Assembly: GCA_014894455.1 (NCBI GenBank)
Contig: JADBLN010000057.1
Span: 2,003-66,002 of the forward strand
Reading direction: 5' to 3'
DNA: 64,000 nucleotides
DNA from: Acidobacteriota bacterium
Lineage (GTDB): Bacteria > Acidobacteriota > Aminicenantia > Aminicenantales > Saccharicenantaceae
In this document: one piece after another, positions 25,245-34,933 of the stretch
Layout of the letters: each line of letters starts with the position of its first letter
How positions within the stretch are numbered: the stretch's first letter is position 1
Notes under the pieces: model-generated
Databases searched by the model: none
The model's input: only the letters and a program-made list of their open reading frames with translations
Told to the model about the DNA's origin: nothing
Position numbers and translations under genes: made by a program

Positions 25245-28200
25245 ATGACCAAAAAACTCGCTGCCTGTATTTTAGCCGCCGTGTGCCTTCTCGGCCTCAC
25301 CGCCTGCAAGCCGAAGGGGGCGGCGGCCCCGGCCGAGGCGGAAAAAGAGTGGTACCGCACCATCAGCGCCTTCACATCGGGGACGATCTTCCGCAAGTCG
25401 CCCGTCCGCGTCCTTTTCGTCGACAACGCGGGAACTCCGGGTGCGCTCGCCGCAGGTTTGCTCGAATTCTCGCCCGCGATCGACGGGACGGCGGAATGGA
25501 AGAGTCCGCGCGAGCTCGTCTTCACCCCCAAGGGGGAACTTAAGCCGGGCCAGGAATACAAGGCCGTCCTCCGCGTCGATAAGATCCTGGACCTGCCCAA
25601 GGCCTTCGCCCGGTTCGAATTCGGGTTCAGCGTCGTCCGGCCGAACATGGAGGTCTTCCTGGAGGGGCTCTTCGCCGAGGACGCGAGTCGGCCGCAAGCC
25701 CAAGTCCTCAGGGGCCAGATCGTCACGGCCGACATGGAAGAGAAGGCCCTGGTCGAGAAGGTTCTCGAGGCCGAGCAGGACGGCAAGTCGCTCCCCGTGG
25801 AATGGAGCCACGCCATGGAAGGGCTGACCCATTATTTCATGATCAAGGACATCGAGCGTCGGGAGGAAGCCTCCGCGGTCAACCTTTCCTGGGACGGCGC
25901 CCCCATACGTCTCGAGAACCGCGGCCGGCGTGACGTCGAGGTCCCGGCCCTAGGCGAATTCGCGCTCGTCTCCGTGGAACCCGTCCTCGGAGAGACCCGG
26001 CATGTCCTCGTGCGTTTCTCCGACGCCCTGGCCAGAGACCAGGATCTCAAGGGGCTCATCCGCATCGAGAACCGCCCCCTGACCTTCGAGATCGAGGGCA
26101 ACGTTGTCCGGGTGTATTCGACCCAGGAGTACCTCGGCCGCGTATCCGTCCAGGTCCTGCCGGGCATCCGCAATTACCTCAACCGCCGCTTGAAGGACCG
26201 GGACGACCATCAGGTCGTCTTCGAATCGATCCGGCCCCTGGCGCGCTTCATCGGCCGGGGCCTCATCCTGCCGCGCAAGGACCGCCTGACCGTGCCCATC
26301 GAGGCGGTCAACCTGAAGTCCATCCAGGTCGGGGCCTTCCAGATCTATCCCGGCAACATCGCCCAGTTCTTCCAGGTCAACAGCCTCGAGGGCTCGGAAG
26401 AGCTGGCCCGCGTCGGGCGCTTTCTCTGGAGGAAGACCGTCCTGCTGTCCGAAGACCCCGCGGTGACCAGCCGCTTGTCGCGCTTCGACCTCGACGTGAC
26501 GTCCCTCTTCAAGGAGAGCCCGGGCAGTCTCTTCCGCATCGTTCTGTCCTTCAACCGCGGCAATTCGACCTATCCCTGCCCCGCGGGCAACAAGCCGGCC
26601 GTCGCCGAGCCGCCGCTCAAGAACGTGGACGATCCCTCGGCCTATTCGCGCTACTCGAACTGGGATTATGCCGAAGAGGTTTACGGATACAGCTCCGGCG
26701 ATTGGACCAACCGGGAGAACCCCTGCTCCGACGCCTACTACAGCCCCCGCTACAATGGCCAGGCCGTCGTCGGCCGCAATTTCCTCTCGTCCGACATCGG
26801 CCTCGTCGCCAAGCTCGAGGCGAACGGCGCGCTCCATGTCGTGACGACCGACATCGGGACGGCCAGGCCGCTCTCCGGGCTGCGGGTGCGGGCCTACAAT
26901 TTTCAGAACCAGCCCCTCGGCGAAACGACGAGCGACACGAACGGCTTCGCCCTCCTCGAACTCAAGGACCGTCCGTTCTATATCTCCGCGGAGGGGGGAG
27001 GCGACATCGGCTATCTCCGGGTCAGCAGTGAAGGCGTTCTGCCCATGAGCCATTTCGACGTCGGTGGTGAGACCACCGAGAAGGGCGTCAAGGGCATCAT
27101 CTACGGCGAGCGCGGCGTCTGGCGGCCCGGAGATACGCTCCACCTGACCTTCGCCCTTTTCGACAGGGAGAAGGTCCTGCCGGCCGGGCATCCCGTGCTC
27201 CTGGAAATCACCAACCCGCAAGGCCAGCTCGTCATGACGGCCAAACCGGACAAGGTCGTGGAGCCGTTCTACGCGTTCCGGGTCACGACGGACGAGATGG
27301 CGCCCACGGGCAACTGGCAGGCCCGTGTCCTCGTCGGCGGAATGACCTTCCACAAGACCCTGAAGATCGAGACCGTCGTGCCCAACCGGCTCAAGATCGT
27401 TCTCGACGCGGGCCGCGAGGTCCTGGCCCGCAAGGACATGCCCATCGACGCGGCCCTCACCGGGCAGTGGCTCCACGGCGCCCCGGCGGCGAACCTGAAG
27501 TTCGACGTGGCCGTCCGCCTCGCCCGGCGGCCGACCCGGTTCGATCGCTTCCAGGATTACGTCTTCGACGACCCGGCCAGGGAATTCGAGGGCGGAACAC
27601 TCGACGTGGCCAAGGGGGTGCTCGACGCCCAGGGCCGCGGGAGCGCCCGGCTCGACATCGCTTCGCCCCAGCCCAGCCCGGGCATGCTCGACGCCGCCTT
27701 CACCAGCCGGGTCTTCGAGGAGAGCGGCGACTTCAGCATCGACACGTTTTCCCTGCCCTTCCATCCTTACGACGTCTACGTCGGCGTCAAGCCGCCCAAG
27801 GGCGACCCGGCCCGGGGCATGCTCCTGACCGATGAGGACCACGAGGTCGGCATCGTCACCGTCGATTCCGCCGGCCGGCCCGTTTCCCGGGACAAGGTCG
27901 TCGTCTCGCTCTACAAGATCGAGTGGAAGTGGTGGTGGGACAGGAGCGGCGAATCGCTCGCCCAGTACGTCTCGAACGTCCAGACCCGGCCCCTGCTCAA
28001 GGGCGAGGTCTCGACCCGGGACGGCGTCGGCAAGTGGACGTTCCAGATCAAGTATCCCGACTGGGGCCGCTACCTCATCCGGGCCGAGGACCCGGCCGGC
28101 GGCCACGCTTCGGGCCAGATCGTCTTCATCGACTGGCCGGGCTGGGCCGGACGAGCCCGCGAGGAAGGGGGGGCCGGAGCGACGACGCTCAGCTTCACCT

Positions 28201-30773
28201 CCGACAAGCCCGGCTACAAGGTCGGCGAGAAGGCCGTCATCTACCTGCCCGAGGCCGTCCAGGGCCGGGCGCTCGTCTCCATCGAGAACGGGACTTCGGT
28301 CCTCGATAAAATGTGGGTGTCCACGGTCAAGGGCGAGAACCGTTTCGAGATCCCCCTGACCGCGGCGATGACGCCCAACATCTATGTCCACGTCAGCCTC
28401 CTCCAGCCGCACCGGGACAAGACGAGCGACGCGCCCATCCGTCTCTACGGCGTCATCCCCATCCTCGTCGAGGACCCGGGGACGCGCCTCGAGCCCGTGC
28501 TCAAAGTGGCCGACGAGATCCGGCCGAAGGAAAAATTCCGGGTCGAGGTCCGCGAGAGCGGCGGCCGCCCCATGACCTATACGCTGGCCGTCGTCGACGA
28601 AGGGCTCCTCGGCCTGACGCGGTTCGCGACTCCGGACCTGCGCAAGGGCTTCTACAGCCGCGAGGCGCTCGGCGTTTCGACCTGGGACCTCTTCGACATC
28701 GTCGCCGAGGCCTACGGGGCCGAGCTGGCCCGCATCCTGGCCCTCGGCGGCGACGAGGGCGCCGAGTCGAAGGACAAGGCCCGCCAGCCGCGGCGCTTCC
28801 CGCCGGTCGTCCTGTTCGAGGGACCCTTCGAGCTCAAGGCGGGTGGAACGGGCGTCCACGAGCTGGTCATGCCGCAGTATTTCGGCGCCGTCCGGATCAT
28901 GGTCGTGGCCGGTCGCGACGGGGCGTTCGGCTCAGCCGAGAGATCCGTCCCCGTCCGGCGCGACCTGATGACCCTGGCTACCCTGCCGCGGGTCGTCCGT
29001 CCCGGCGAGGACGTCGTCATGCCCATCGCCGTGTTCGTCACCAAGCCCGCCCTCAAGGAGGTCGCGGTCAGCGTGGAGACGAACGAATTCTTCGAGGTCG
29101 TCGGCGAGCGCTCCAAGACGGTGGCCTTCGCCCGGCCCGGCGACGACATCGTCTCCTTCGCCCTCAAGACGACCGGGAGAATCGGCCAGGGCGAGGTCCG
29201 CTTCCGGGCGACGAGCGGTTCCGAGCGCGTCGAGGACACGATCTTCATACCCGTCCTGGCGTCGAACGCCCTCATCACCCAAACGACCCGCCTCGAGGTC
29301 AAGCCCGGGCAGACGCTCAGTCAGGACGTCGTTCCGTTCGGGCTGGAGAACACGAACCAGGTCGCCCTCGAAGCGTCGTCCCTGCCTCCGCTCAACCTCG
29401 AAAAGAGGCTCGATTTTCTCATCCAATATCCCCACGGCTGTTTGGAGCAGACACTCTCCACGGCCCTGCCCCAGCTCTACCTCAAAAACCTGGTCAAACT
29501 CGAAGAAGGGCAGTCGCGGGAAGTCGAGGAATACGTCAAAACGGCCATTCAGAAAATGACCGGCTTCCAGATGACCAACGGCGCCTTCTCCTACTGGCCC
29601 GGAAGCCGCGAGGGGCACGAGTGGACGACCGCCTATGCCGGCTATTTCCTGCTCGAAGCGGCGCGCCTCGGCTTTCATGTCCCGCAGGCCATGCTCGACA
29701 GCTGGCGGGCCAACCAGAAGATGCTGTCCAATAATTTCGTCACGGGCAGCGCTGCGGCTCAGCTCACCCAGGCCTTCCGTCTGTTCACGCTGGCCCTGGC
29801 CCGTGATCCGGACCTCGGGGCCATGAACCGGCTCCGGGAAACCCCCGACCTCCCCGGCCTCGCCGGGCTCATGCTGGCCGCGGCCTTCCACATGACCGGT
29901 CAGGCCGACGCGGCGGTCGACCTGGCCGAGCGCTCCCGCCTCGAGTTCAAGCCTTACCGCGACGACAGCGAGACCTTCGGCTCCGACTTCCGCGACAAGG
30001 CCCTGGCGGTGAGGGCCTTCGTCCAGATGGGCCGGTCCGAAAAGGCACGGAGCCTGCTCGAGGATATATCCAAGACGCTCGCCTCGGACCTTTGGCTCTC
30101 CACGCACGAGACCTCGTTCGGCCTGATGGCCCTCGCCGCTTATTACGGCAGCGCCGAGGTCAAGCTCTTCCGCTATCGTCTCGCCTGGGACGGGGAGAGG
30201 CCTCTGGACGTCGAGTCGTCCACCCCGTTCGACCGGCGTGAATTCCCCGGCTTCCCGATGAAGGGCCGGACCCTCGCCGTGACGAACGTCGAATCGTCGC
30301 CCCTCTACGTCAACGTCTACCGGCGGGGCGTGCCCCCGGCCGGTGTGGAGACGGAGTCGTCGGAGGGCCTGTCGATCGACGTCCGCTACCGCGACATGAA
30401 GATGAACGCTTTCGGTATCGACAAGATCACCCAGGGGCTCGACCTCGTGGCCGAAGTCCGGGTCAAGAACCTGACCTCGAAGCGGCTCAAGAACCTCGTC
30501 CTGACCCATCTCACGGCCGCCGGCTTCCAGATCAAGAACCCGAGGTTCAGCGGCGAGGCGGGGGCCGCTGCGGACGTCGACTACCAGGACATCCGCGACG
30601 ACCGCGTCTTCACCTATATCCGGCTCGAGGCCGGCCAGGAGAAAGTCTTCCTCGTGGTCTTCAACGCCTCCTATCGCGGCCGCTATTACCAGCCGGGCGT
30701 CGCCGTCGAGGCGATGTACGACGCGGCCGTCCACGCCAATACGAAAGGTCAATGGATCGAGATCGTCAAGTAA
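25245..30773 (+). CDS. bacterial alpha-2-macroglobulin family lipoprotein (thioester-containing)
   Basis: 1842 aa from the ATG at 25245 (SD GGGGAG). It has lipobox LLGLTAC and the thioester motif YPHGCLEQTL (CLEQ at about 29439-29450). It is followed by pbpC, as in the known yfhM-pbpC arrangement. Confidence 0.93.
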   Translation: MTKKLAACILAAVCLLGLTACKPKGAAAPAEAEKEWYRTISAFTSGTIFRKSPVRVLFVDNAGTPGALAAGLLEFSPAIDGTAEWKSPRELVFTPKGELKPGQEYKAVLRVDKILDLPKAFARFEFGFSVVRPNMEVFLEGLFAEDASRPQAQVLRGQIVTADMEEKALVEKVLEAEQDGKSLPVEWSHAMEGLTHYFMIKDIERREEASAVNLSWDGAPIRLENRGRRDVEVPALGEFALVSVEPVLGETRHVLVRFSDALARDQDLKGLIRIENRPLTFEIEGNVVRVYSTQEYLGRVSVQVLPGIRNYLNRRLKDRDDHQVVFESIRPLARFIGRGLILPRKDRLTVPIEAVNLKSIQVGAFQIYPGNIAQFFQVNSLEGSEELARVGRFLWRKTVLLSEDPAVTSRLSRFDLDVTSLFKESPGSLFRIVLSFNRGNSTYPCPAGNKPAVAEPPLKNVDDPSAYSRYSNWDYAEEVYGYSSGDWTNRENPCSDAYYSPRYNGQAVVGRNFLSSDIGLVAKLEANGALHVVTTDIGTARPLSGLRVRAYNFQNQPLGETTSDTNGFALLELKDRPFYISAEGGGDIGYLRVSSEGVLPMSHFDVGGETTEKGVKGIIYGERGVWRPGDTLHLTFALFDREKVLPAGHPVLLEITNPQGQLVMTAKPDKVVEPFYAFRVTTDEMAPTGNWQARVLVGGMTFHKTLKIETVVPNRLKIVLDAGREVLARKDMPIDAALTGQWLHGAPAANLKFDVAVRLARRPTRFDRFQDYVFDDPAREFEGGTLDVAKGVLDAQGRGSARLDIASPQPSPGMLDAAFTSRVFEESGDFSIDTFSLPFHPYDVYVGVKPPKGDPARGMLLTDEDHEVGIVTVDSAGRPVSRDKVVVSLYKIEWKWWWDRSGESLAQYVSNVQTRPLLKGEVSTRDGVGKWTFQIKYPDWGRYLIRAEDPAGGHASGQIVFIDWPGWAGRAREEGGAGATTLSFTSDKPGYKVGEKAVIYLPEAVQGRALVSIENGTSVLDKMWVSTVKGENRFEIPLTAAMTPNIYVHVSLLQPHRDKTSDAPIRLYGVIPILVEDPGTRLEPVLKVADEIRPKEKFRVEVRESGGRPMTYTLAVVDEGLLGLTRFATPDLRKGFYSREALGVSTWDLFDIVAEAYGAELARILALGGDEGAESKDKARQPRRFPPVVLFEGPFELKAGGTGVHELVMPQYFGAVRIMVVAGRDGAFGSAERSVPVRRDLMTLATLPRVVRPGEDVVMPIAVFVTKPALKEVAVSVETNEFFEVVGERSKTVAFARPGDDIVSFALKTTGRIGQGEVRFRATSGSERVEDTIFIPVLASNALITQTTRLEVKPGQTLSQDVVPFGLENTNQVALEASSLPPLNLEKRLDFLIQYPHGCLEQTLSTALPQLYLKNLVKLEEGQSREVEEYVKTAIQKMTGFQMTNGAFSYWPGSREGHEWTTAYAGYFLLEAARLGFHVPQAMLDSWRANQKMLSNNFVTGSAAAQLTQAFRLFTLALARDPDLGAMNRLRETPDLPGLAGLMLAAAFHMTGQADAAVDLAERSRLEFKPYRDDSETFGSDFRDKALAVRAFVQMGRSEKARSLLEDISKTLASDLWLSTHETSFGLMALAAYYGSAEVKLFRYRLAWDGERPLDVESSTPFDRREFPGFPMKGRTLAVTNVESSPLYVNVYRRGVPPAGVETESSEGLSIDVRYRDMKMNAFGIDKITQGLDLVAEVRVKNLTSKRLKNLVLTHLTAAGFQIKNPRFSGEAGAAADVDYQDIRDDRVFTYIRLEAGQEKVFLVVFNASYRGRYYQPGVAVEAMYDAAVHANTKGQWIEIVK

Positions 30774-30952
30774 AGAGGATGAAGGGGACTGTCCCTCTTA
30801 GTTTGAAGGCTCCGGAGCGGTGGCATGAATCTTCTTGATTCAGATATTTATCAGAATCGTGGCTTCGAGTGCTCAGCCACAATTCTGCAGGTCGCTCCTC
30901 AGAATCCGCTCCCTGCCGTACCTCGGGTACGTGTCCCCCTTTTTAAAGGAGC

Positions 30953-33304
30953 TTGGTGATAGCTTCTAAGCGGGCTCGCAAGTTCGTGGCGGCCTCCGCT
31001 CTCCTACTCGTCGTTTCGATCTGGTTACTGTTGCCGCTGCGGCTCTTCGACGACCCTGTTTCACCGGTGCTCTTCAGCGCGGAGGGGGAGCTCCTTGGGG
31101 CCCGGCCGGCCGCTGACGGCCAATGGCGCTTCCCTCCGGGCGACCGCGTCCCCGAACGCTTTTTCCGTGTCCTCGTCCGTTTCGAGGACCGCCGTTTTTA
31201 CCTCCATCCGGGAGTCGACCCCTTGGCAGTAGCTAGGGCCGTGCGTCGGAACCTCCGCTCCGGGAGAGTCGAGAGCGGAGCGAGTACGATCACCATGCAG
31301 GTCGTCCGCCTGGCCCGGAAGAACAGGAAACGCACCTATCTCGAAAAGCTGAAGGAAGCGGCGCTGGCCCTGAAGCTCGAAGCCCGGCGCTCGAAAAAAG
31401 AGATCCTGGCCCTCTTCGCCGCTCACGCGCCCTTCGGCGGCAACGTCGTCGGCATCGACGCCGCCTCGTGGCTCTACTTCGGCCGGAGCCCGGAGCGCCT
31501 GAGCTGGGCCGAGGCTGCTTTCCTAGCCGTCCTGCCCAACGACCCGGGGCTCGTCGGGTCGGAAGCCGGGCGCGCGCGGCTGCTTCTCAAAAGAAACGGG
31601 CTGCTGGAGCGGCTCCGGGTCAAGGGGACGCTGCCCGACCTCGAGTGCCGGCTGGCCCTGGCCGAGCCCATGCCCGAGCGCCTGCGGCCCGTGCCCCGTG
31701 ATGCCCCGCATCTGCTCGACACCCTGGCCGCCCGTCCCGGCGCCGGGCCGCCTTTCCGGTCCTTCGTCGCCGCCGACTTGCAGAGGACGGTCCGGCGGGT
31801 CGTCGAGCAACACGGCCAGCGGCTCTTCGGCCGGGACATCCGGAATCTCGCCGCCGTCGTCATCGACAACCGCGAGGCGGCCGTCGTCGCCTATATCGGC
31901 AACGTCGGTCTGGAGCGGCGCGGGGAGCAAGGCCAGAGCGTCGACATCCTCCAGAGCCGGAGGAGCACGGGGAGTATTCTCAAGCCGTTCCTCTACGCGG
32001 CCATGATCAAGGAAGGCGGCATCACTCCGGTGACCCTCGTCCCCGACACGCCCGTCCGCTTCGAAGGGTTCAAGCCCGAGAATTTCGACCGGCGTTTCCG
32101 GGGCGCCGTCCCGGCCCGGACGGCTCTGGCCTGGTCGCTCAACGTCCCGGCCGTCCGAGAGCTCCGGGAGTACGGCATCCCCCGCTTCGAGAACCGGCTG
32201 AGGCAGTGGGGGATGACCACCCTGGACCGGTCGCCCGATGACTACGGCCTGACCCTCGTCCTCGGCGGTGCGGAGGGACGGCTCGTCGAGATCGCGGCGC
32301 TCTACGCCAAGCTGGCGGAGCTTGCTTCGAACGCGGCCGGCGGCGGCCGAGAAGTGAGGCTGTTGCGGGACGAACGGGAAACGCCGTCGAAAATGAAGGA
32401 CCTCGGGGCGGCCGCCGCTTACCTCACGCTCCAGGCCCTGACCGCGGTCAACCGGCCGGACGAGGAAGGCTTCTGGCGGAATTTCAGCTCGTCGAAGTGG
32501 GTGGCCTGGAAGACAGGCACGAGCTTTGGGTTGAGGGACGCCTGGGCGGTCGGGGTGACGCCCAACTACACGGTCGGCGTCTGGGCCGGAAACGCCGACG
32601 GCGAAGGCAAGCCCGGTCTGACCGGGCTCGCGGCCGCGGCCCCGGTCCTATTCGACCTCCTCGGCGTTGTCGACGGCGGCGGACGGATCGAACGGCCGTG
32701 GTCGGGCCTCAAGGAGGTCAGGGTCTGCCGGGACTCAGGTTTTCTGGCGACCGAGCTCTGCCCCGCGGAGACGGTCTGGGTGCCGGAGGAGAGCCGCTTC
32801 GACCGGATGTGCGCCTTTCACCAGACGGTGCACCTGGACGCCGCGAGCCGCTTTCGGGTGGACAGCCGCTGCGAATCGGTGGAGCGCATGCGGCACGAAT
32901 CCTGGTTCGTCCTGCCGCCCGTCCAGGAATATTACTATCGGGCCGACCACCCCGAGTACCGGCAGCTGCCTCCATTCCGGGCCGACTGCGGCGGCGGCCC
33001 GGCGGCCGAGCGGGGTTCGAGGACCATGAACCTGATCTACCCGGAGCCTGACATGTCGGTCTACGTCCCCATCGGCCTCGACGGCCGCTCCGGGGAGGTC
33101 GTCTTCGAGGCCGTCCACCGGGAGGACGGCGCGACCATCCACTGGCATCTCGATGAGAATTATTTAGCCTCGACGAGGGTTTTTCATCAGATCTCGCTGA
33201 ATCCCGAGCCGGGAGAGCATCGGCTGGTCCTGACGGACGGCGAGGGCCGGCGCTTGGAGCGGAAATTCCAGGTGGTCAGCCCGGTGCGTCGCGACGACCG
33301 CTAA
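30953..33304 (+). CDS. pbpC: penicillin-binding protein 1C (bifunctional glycosyltransferase/transpeptidase)
   Basis: 783 aa with GT51 motifs RFEDRRFYLHPGVDP and GASTITMQ. The transpeptidase SxxK is STGSILKP, and a C-terminal PBP1C domain is present. The start could be TTG 30953 or GTG 30956. Confidence 0.92.
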   Translation: MVIASKRARKFVAASALLLVVSIWLLLPLRLFDDPVSPVLFSAEGELLGARPAADGQWRFPPGDRVPERFFRVLVRFEDRRFYLHPGVDPLAVARAVRRNLRSGRVESGASTITMQVVRLARKNRKRTYLEKLKEAALALKLEARRSKKEILALFAAHAPFGGNVVGIDAASWLYFGRSPERLSWAEAAFLAVLPNDPGLVGSEAGRARLLLKRNGLLERLRVKGTLPDLECRLALAEPMPERLRPVPRDAPHLLDTLAARPGAGPPFRSFVAADLQRTVRRVVEQHGQRLFGRDIRNLAAVVIDNREAAVVAYIGNVGLERRGEQGQSVDILQSRRSTGSILKPFLYAAMIKEGGITPVTLVPDTPVRFEGFKPENFDRRFRGAVPARTALAWSLNVPAVRELREYGIPRFENRLRQWGMTTLDRSPDDYGLTLVLGGAEGRLVEIAALYAKLAELASNAAGGGREVRLLRDERETPSKMKDLGAAAAYLTLQALTAVNRPDEEGFWRNFSSSKWVAWKTGTSFGLRDAWAVGVTPNYTVGVWAGNADGEGKPGLTGLAAAAPVLFDLLGVVDGGGRIERPWSGLKEVRVCRDSGFLATELCPAETVWVPEESRFDRMCAFHQTVHLDAASRFRVDSRCESVERMRHESWFVLPPVQEYYYRADHPEYRQLPPFRADCGGGPAAERGSRTMNLIYPEPDMSVYVPIGLDGRSGEVVFEAVHREDGATIHWHLDENYLASTRVFHQISLNPEPGEHRLVLTDGEGRRLERKFQVVSPVRRDDR

Positions 33305-33322
33305 CGCTGGGCCAGCGCGTCC

Positions 33323-34312
33323 CTATTTCTTCATGTCCTTGTCGAAAGCCACCTTGGACGGCGAGAAGTTCGTCGCGCGGACGAAGTCGAGGGCTTCCTC
33401 GGCGCCGAAATCGCGGTCCATGGCGTTGTCCTCCCACTCGACCGAGAGGGGGCCGTCGTAATTGACCGCGTTGAGCTCGCGGATGATGGCCTCGAAATCG
33501 ACGTCGCCGTGACCGAGCGAGCGGAAATTCCAGCCCCGGCGGACGTCGCCGAAGGGCAGGAACGAGCCGAGAATGCCGGCCTTGCCGTCGAGGGTCACGG
33601 CCACGTCCTTCATGTGGACGTGGTAGACGCGGTCGGCGAACTCGCGGATGAAGAGATGCGGCTCCATGCCCTGCCAGACGAGGTGGCTGGGGTCGAAGTT
33701 GAGGCCGAGGGTCAGCCGGCAGTTGAAGACGTCGAGGAGGCGCCTCGTCGTGTAGACGTCGAAGGCGATCTCGGTCGGGTGGACCTCGAGGGCGAACTTG
33801 ACGCCCTGCTCGTCGAACTCGTCGAAGATGGGCGTCCACAGGCCGAGGATCTTCTGGAACCCCGCCTCGACCATCGCCTCGGTCGTCGACGGGAAGGAAT
33901 ACCAGGCCTTCCAAATGGGCGAGCCCATGAACCCGTTGACGACGTAACAGCCCATGTTGCGGGCGGCCCGGGCCGCGGCCTTCATCTCTTCGATAGCCCA
34001 CTTGCGGAGGGCCTCGGGCTTGCCTTTGACGGCGTCGGGTGCGAAGCCGTCGAGGCGGGGGTCGTACTCGTCGCCGACGCACTGGCCGGCCAGGTGGGCG
34101 CCGAGGGCCCAGCACTTGAGGCCGTGCTTCTCGAGGACGCGTTTTTTCTCGCGGACGTAGGCCGGGTCGGCGGCGGCCTTACGGACGTCCATGTGGTCGC
34201 CCCAGCAGGCGATCTCCAAGCCGTCGTAGCCCCAGGCTCCGGCCTTCTTGCAGACCTCTTCGAAGGGCAGGTCGGCCCACTGGCCGGTGAATAGGGTTAC
34301 GGGTCGCGCCAT
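33323..34312 (-). CDS. sugar phosphate isomerase/epimerase (xylose-isomerase-like TIM barrel), cytoplasmic
   Basis: 329 aa with N-terminus MARPVTLFTGQWADLPFEEVCKKAGAWGYDGLEIACWGDH and conserved HVHMKD. Confidence 0.85.
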   Translation of the reverse strand: MARPVTLFTGQWADLPFEEVCKKAGAWGYDGLEIACWGDHMDVRKAAADPAYVREKKRVLEKHGLKCWALGAHLAGQCVGDEYDPRLDGFAPDAVKGKPEALRKWAIEEMKAAARAARNMGCYVVNGFMGSPIWKAWYSFPSTTEAMVEAGFQKILGLWTPIFDEFDEQGVKFALEVHPTEIAFDVYTTRRLLDVFNCRLTLGLNFDPSHLVWQGMEPHLFIREFADRVYHVHMKDVAVTLDGKAGILGSFLPFGDVRRGWNFRSLGHGDVDFEAIIRELNAVNYDGPLSVEWEDNAMDRDFGAEEALDFVRATNFSPSKVAFDKDMKK

Positions 34313-34372
34313 TGATTTTCTCCTTACCTCGGGTTGCCTGGGTTGATATTCCGCTCGGCGTACGTAAGAGCT

Positions 34373-34600
34373 CTACAGTTTCGAGAGCTCCTCCAAAGTC
34401 AATCCCGCCGCTTTGAGAATGGCCTTCAGTGTCCCTTTAGGAATCGATGTCCCGGGGTGATTGGGGATGGTTGTCCTTCGACGGGTAAGGGGATTCAGCC
34501 AGATTTCATGGCTGCCTTTGGCCTGCCTATCGAAGATAAAGCCCGCCTTGCGGAGCCTGCGGATGACCTCGTTGGCCGTCAAGGAGGGGAGTTTGGTCAT
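34373..34600 (-). CDS. hicA: HicA-family toxin (mRNA interferase)
   Basis: 75 aa. The sequence NEVIRRLRKAGFIFDRQAKGSHEIW...TIPNHPGTSIPKGTLKAILKAAGL is the classic HicA/YcfA pattern. It overlaps the hicB stop by 4 nt. Confidence 0.88.
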   Translation of the reverse strand: MTKLPSLTANEVIRRLRKAGFIFDRQAKGSHEIWLNPLTRRRTTIPNHPGTSIPKGTLKAILKAAGLTLEELSKL

Positions 34601-34848
34601 ATCGAAACGGCGATGGGGATTTTAACCTCTTGTTTGACCTGTTTCCTTGTCCGCTTTGCTTGAAATGGGAGGGGGTCACCGTGTTCGATGCACGATTCGA
34701 CGATCTTCTTGGCGACGTCCTGAGCGATTTCCATGGTTTCCGCGATGGTCCTTCCTTGGGCGATCAAACCCTGGATGTCATCGCTTGTCGCCAAATATCC
34801 ACCTTCTTCCAGGGCTTCGATTTTAATGGAAATCAAGAACTCAGACAT
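34597..34848 (-). CDS. hicB: HicB-family antitoxin (UPF0150-like)
   Basis: 83 aa from the ATG at 34848 (SD AGGAG). The sequence reads ISIKIEALEEGGYLATSDDIQGLIAQGRTIAETMEIAQD. The track ORF to 35166 is an extension. Confidence 0.8.
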   Translation of the reverse strand: MSEFLISIKIEALEEGGYLATSDDIQGLIAQGRTIAETMEIAQDVAKKIVESCIEHGDPLPFQAKRTRKQVKQEVKIPIAVSI

Positions 34849-34933
34849 CCTATTCTCCTGGACGTATTCTAACACAAGCAGTTTATCGGAACAATCCAAC
34901 GGCGGACACCTCCGTCGTATCCAAGATCGTCCC

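Noticed and set aside
25045-25248. 67-aa ORF spanning the tandem repeats (repeated peptide TGLAVPVL)
   Set aside because: The internal peptide repeat merely reflects the DNA repeat. There is no SD, and it lies in a divergent promoter region.
25950-30752. 969-aa and 606-aa ORFs on the - strand (25950-28859, 28932-30752)
   Set aside because: Both are antisense to the alpha-2-macroglobulin gene. They have the same shadow-ORF composition and lack an SD or signal features.
30786-30799. 14-nt GGACTGTCCCTCTT after the A2M stop, matching the reverse complement of 50404-50417 after the activator stop
   Set aside because: It is short enough to be coincidence. Both may simply be GC-rich post-stop hairpin arms, so I did not treat it as a repeat family.
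30821-30836. TGGCATGAATCTTCTT as a sigma-54 promoter for pbpC
   Set aside because: The -24 half is good, but the -12 position reads TTCT and lacks the invariant GC.
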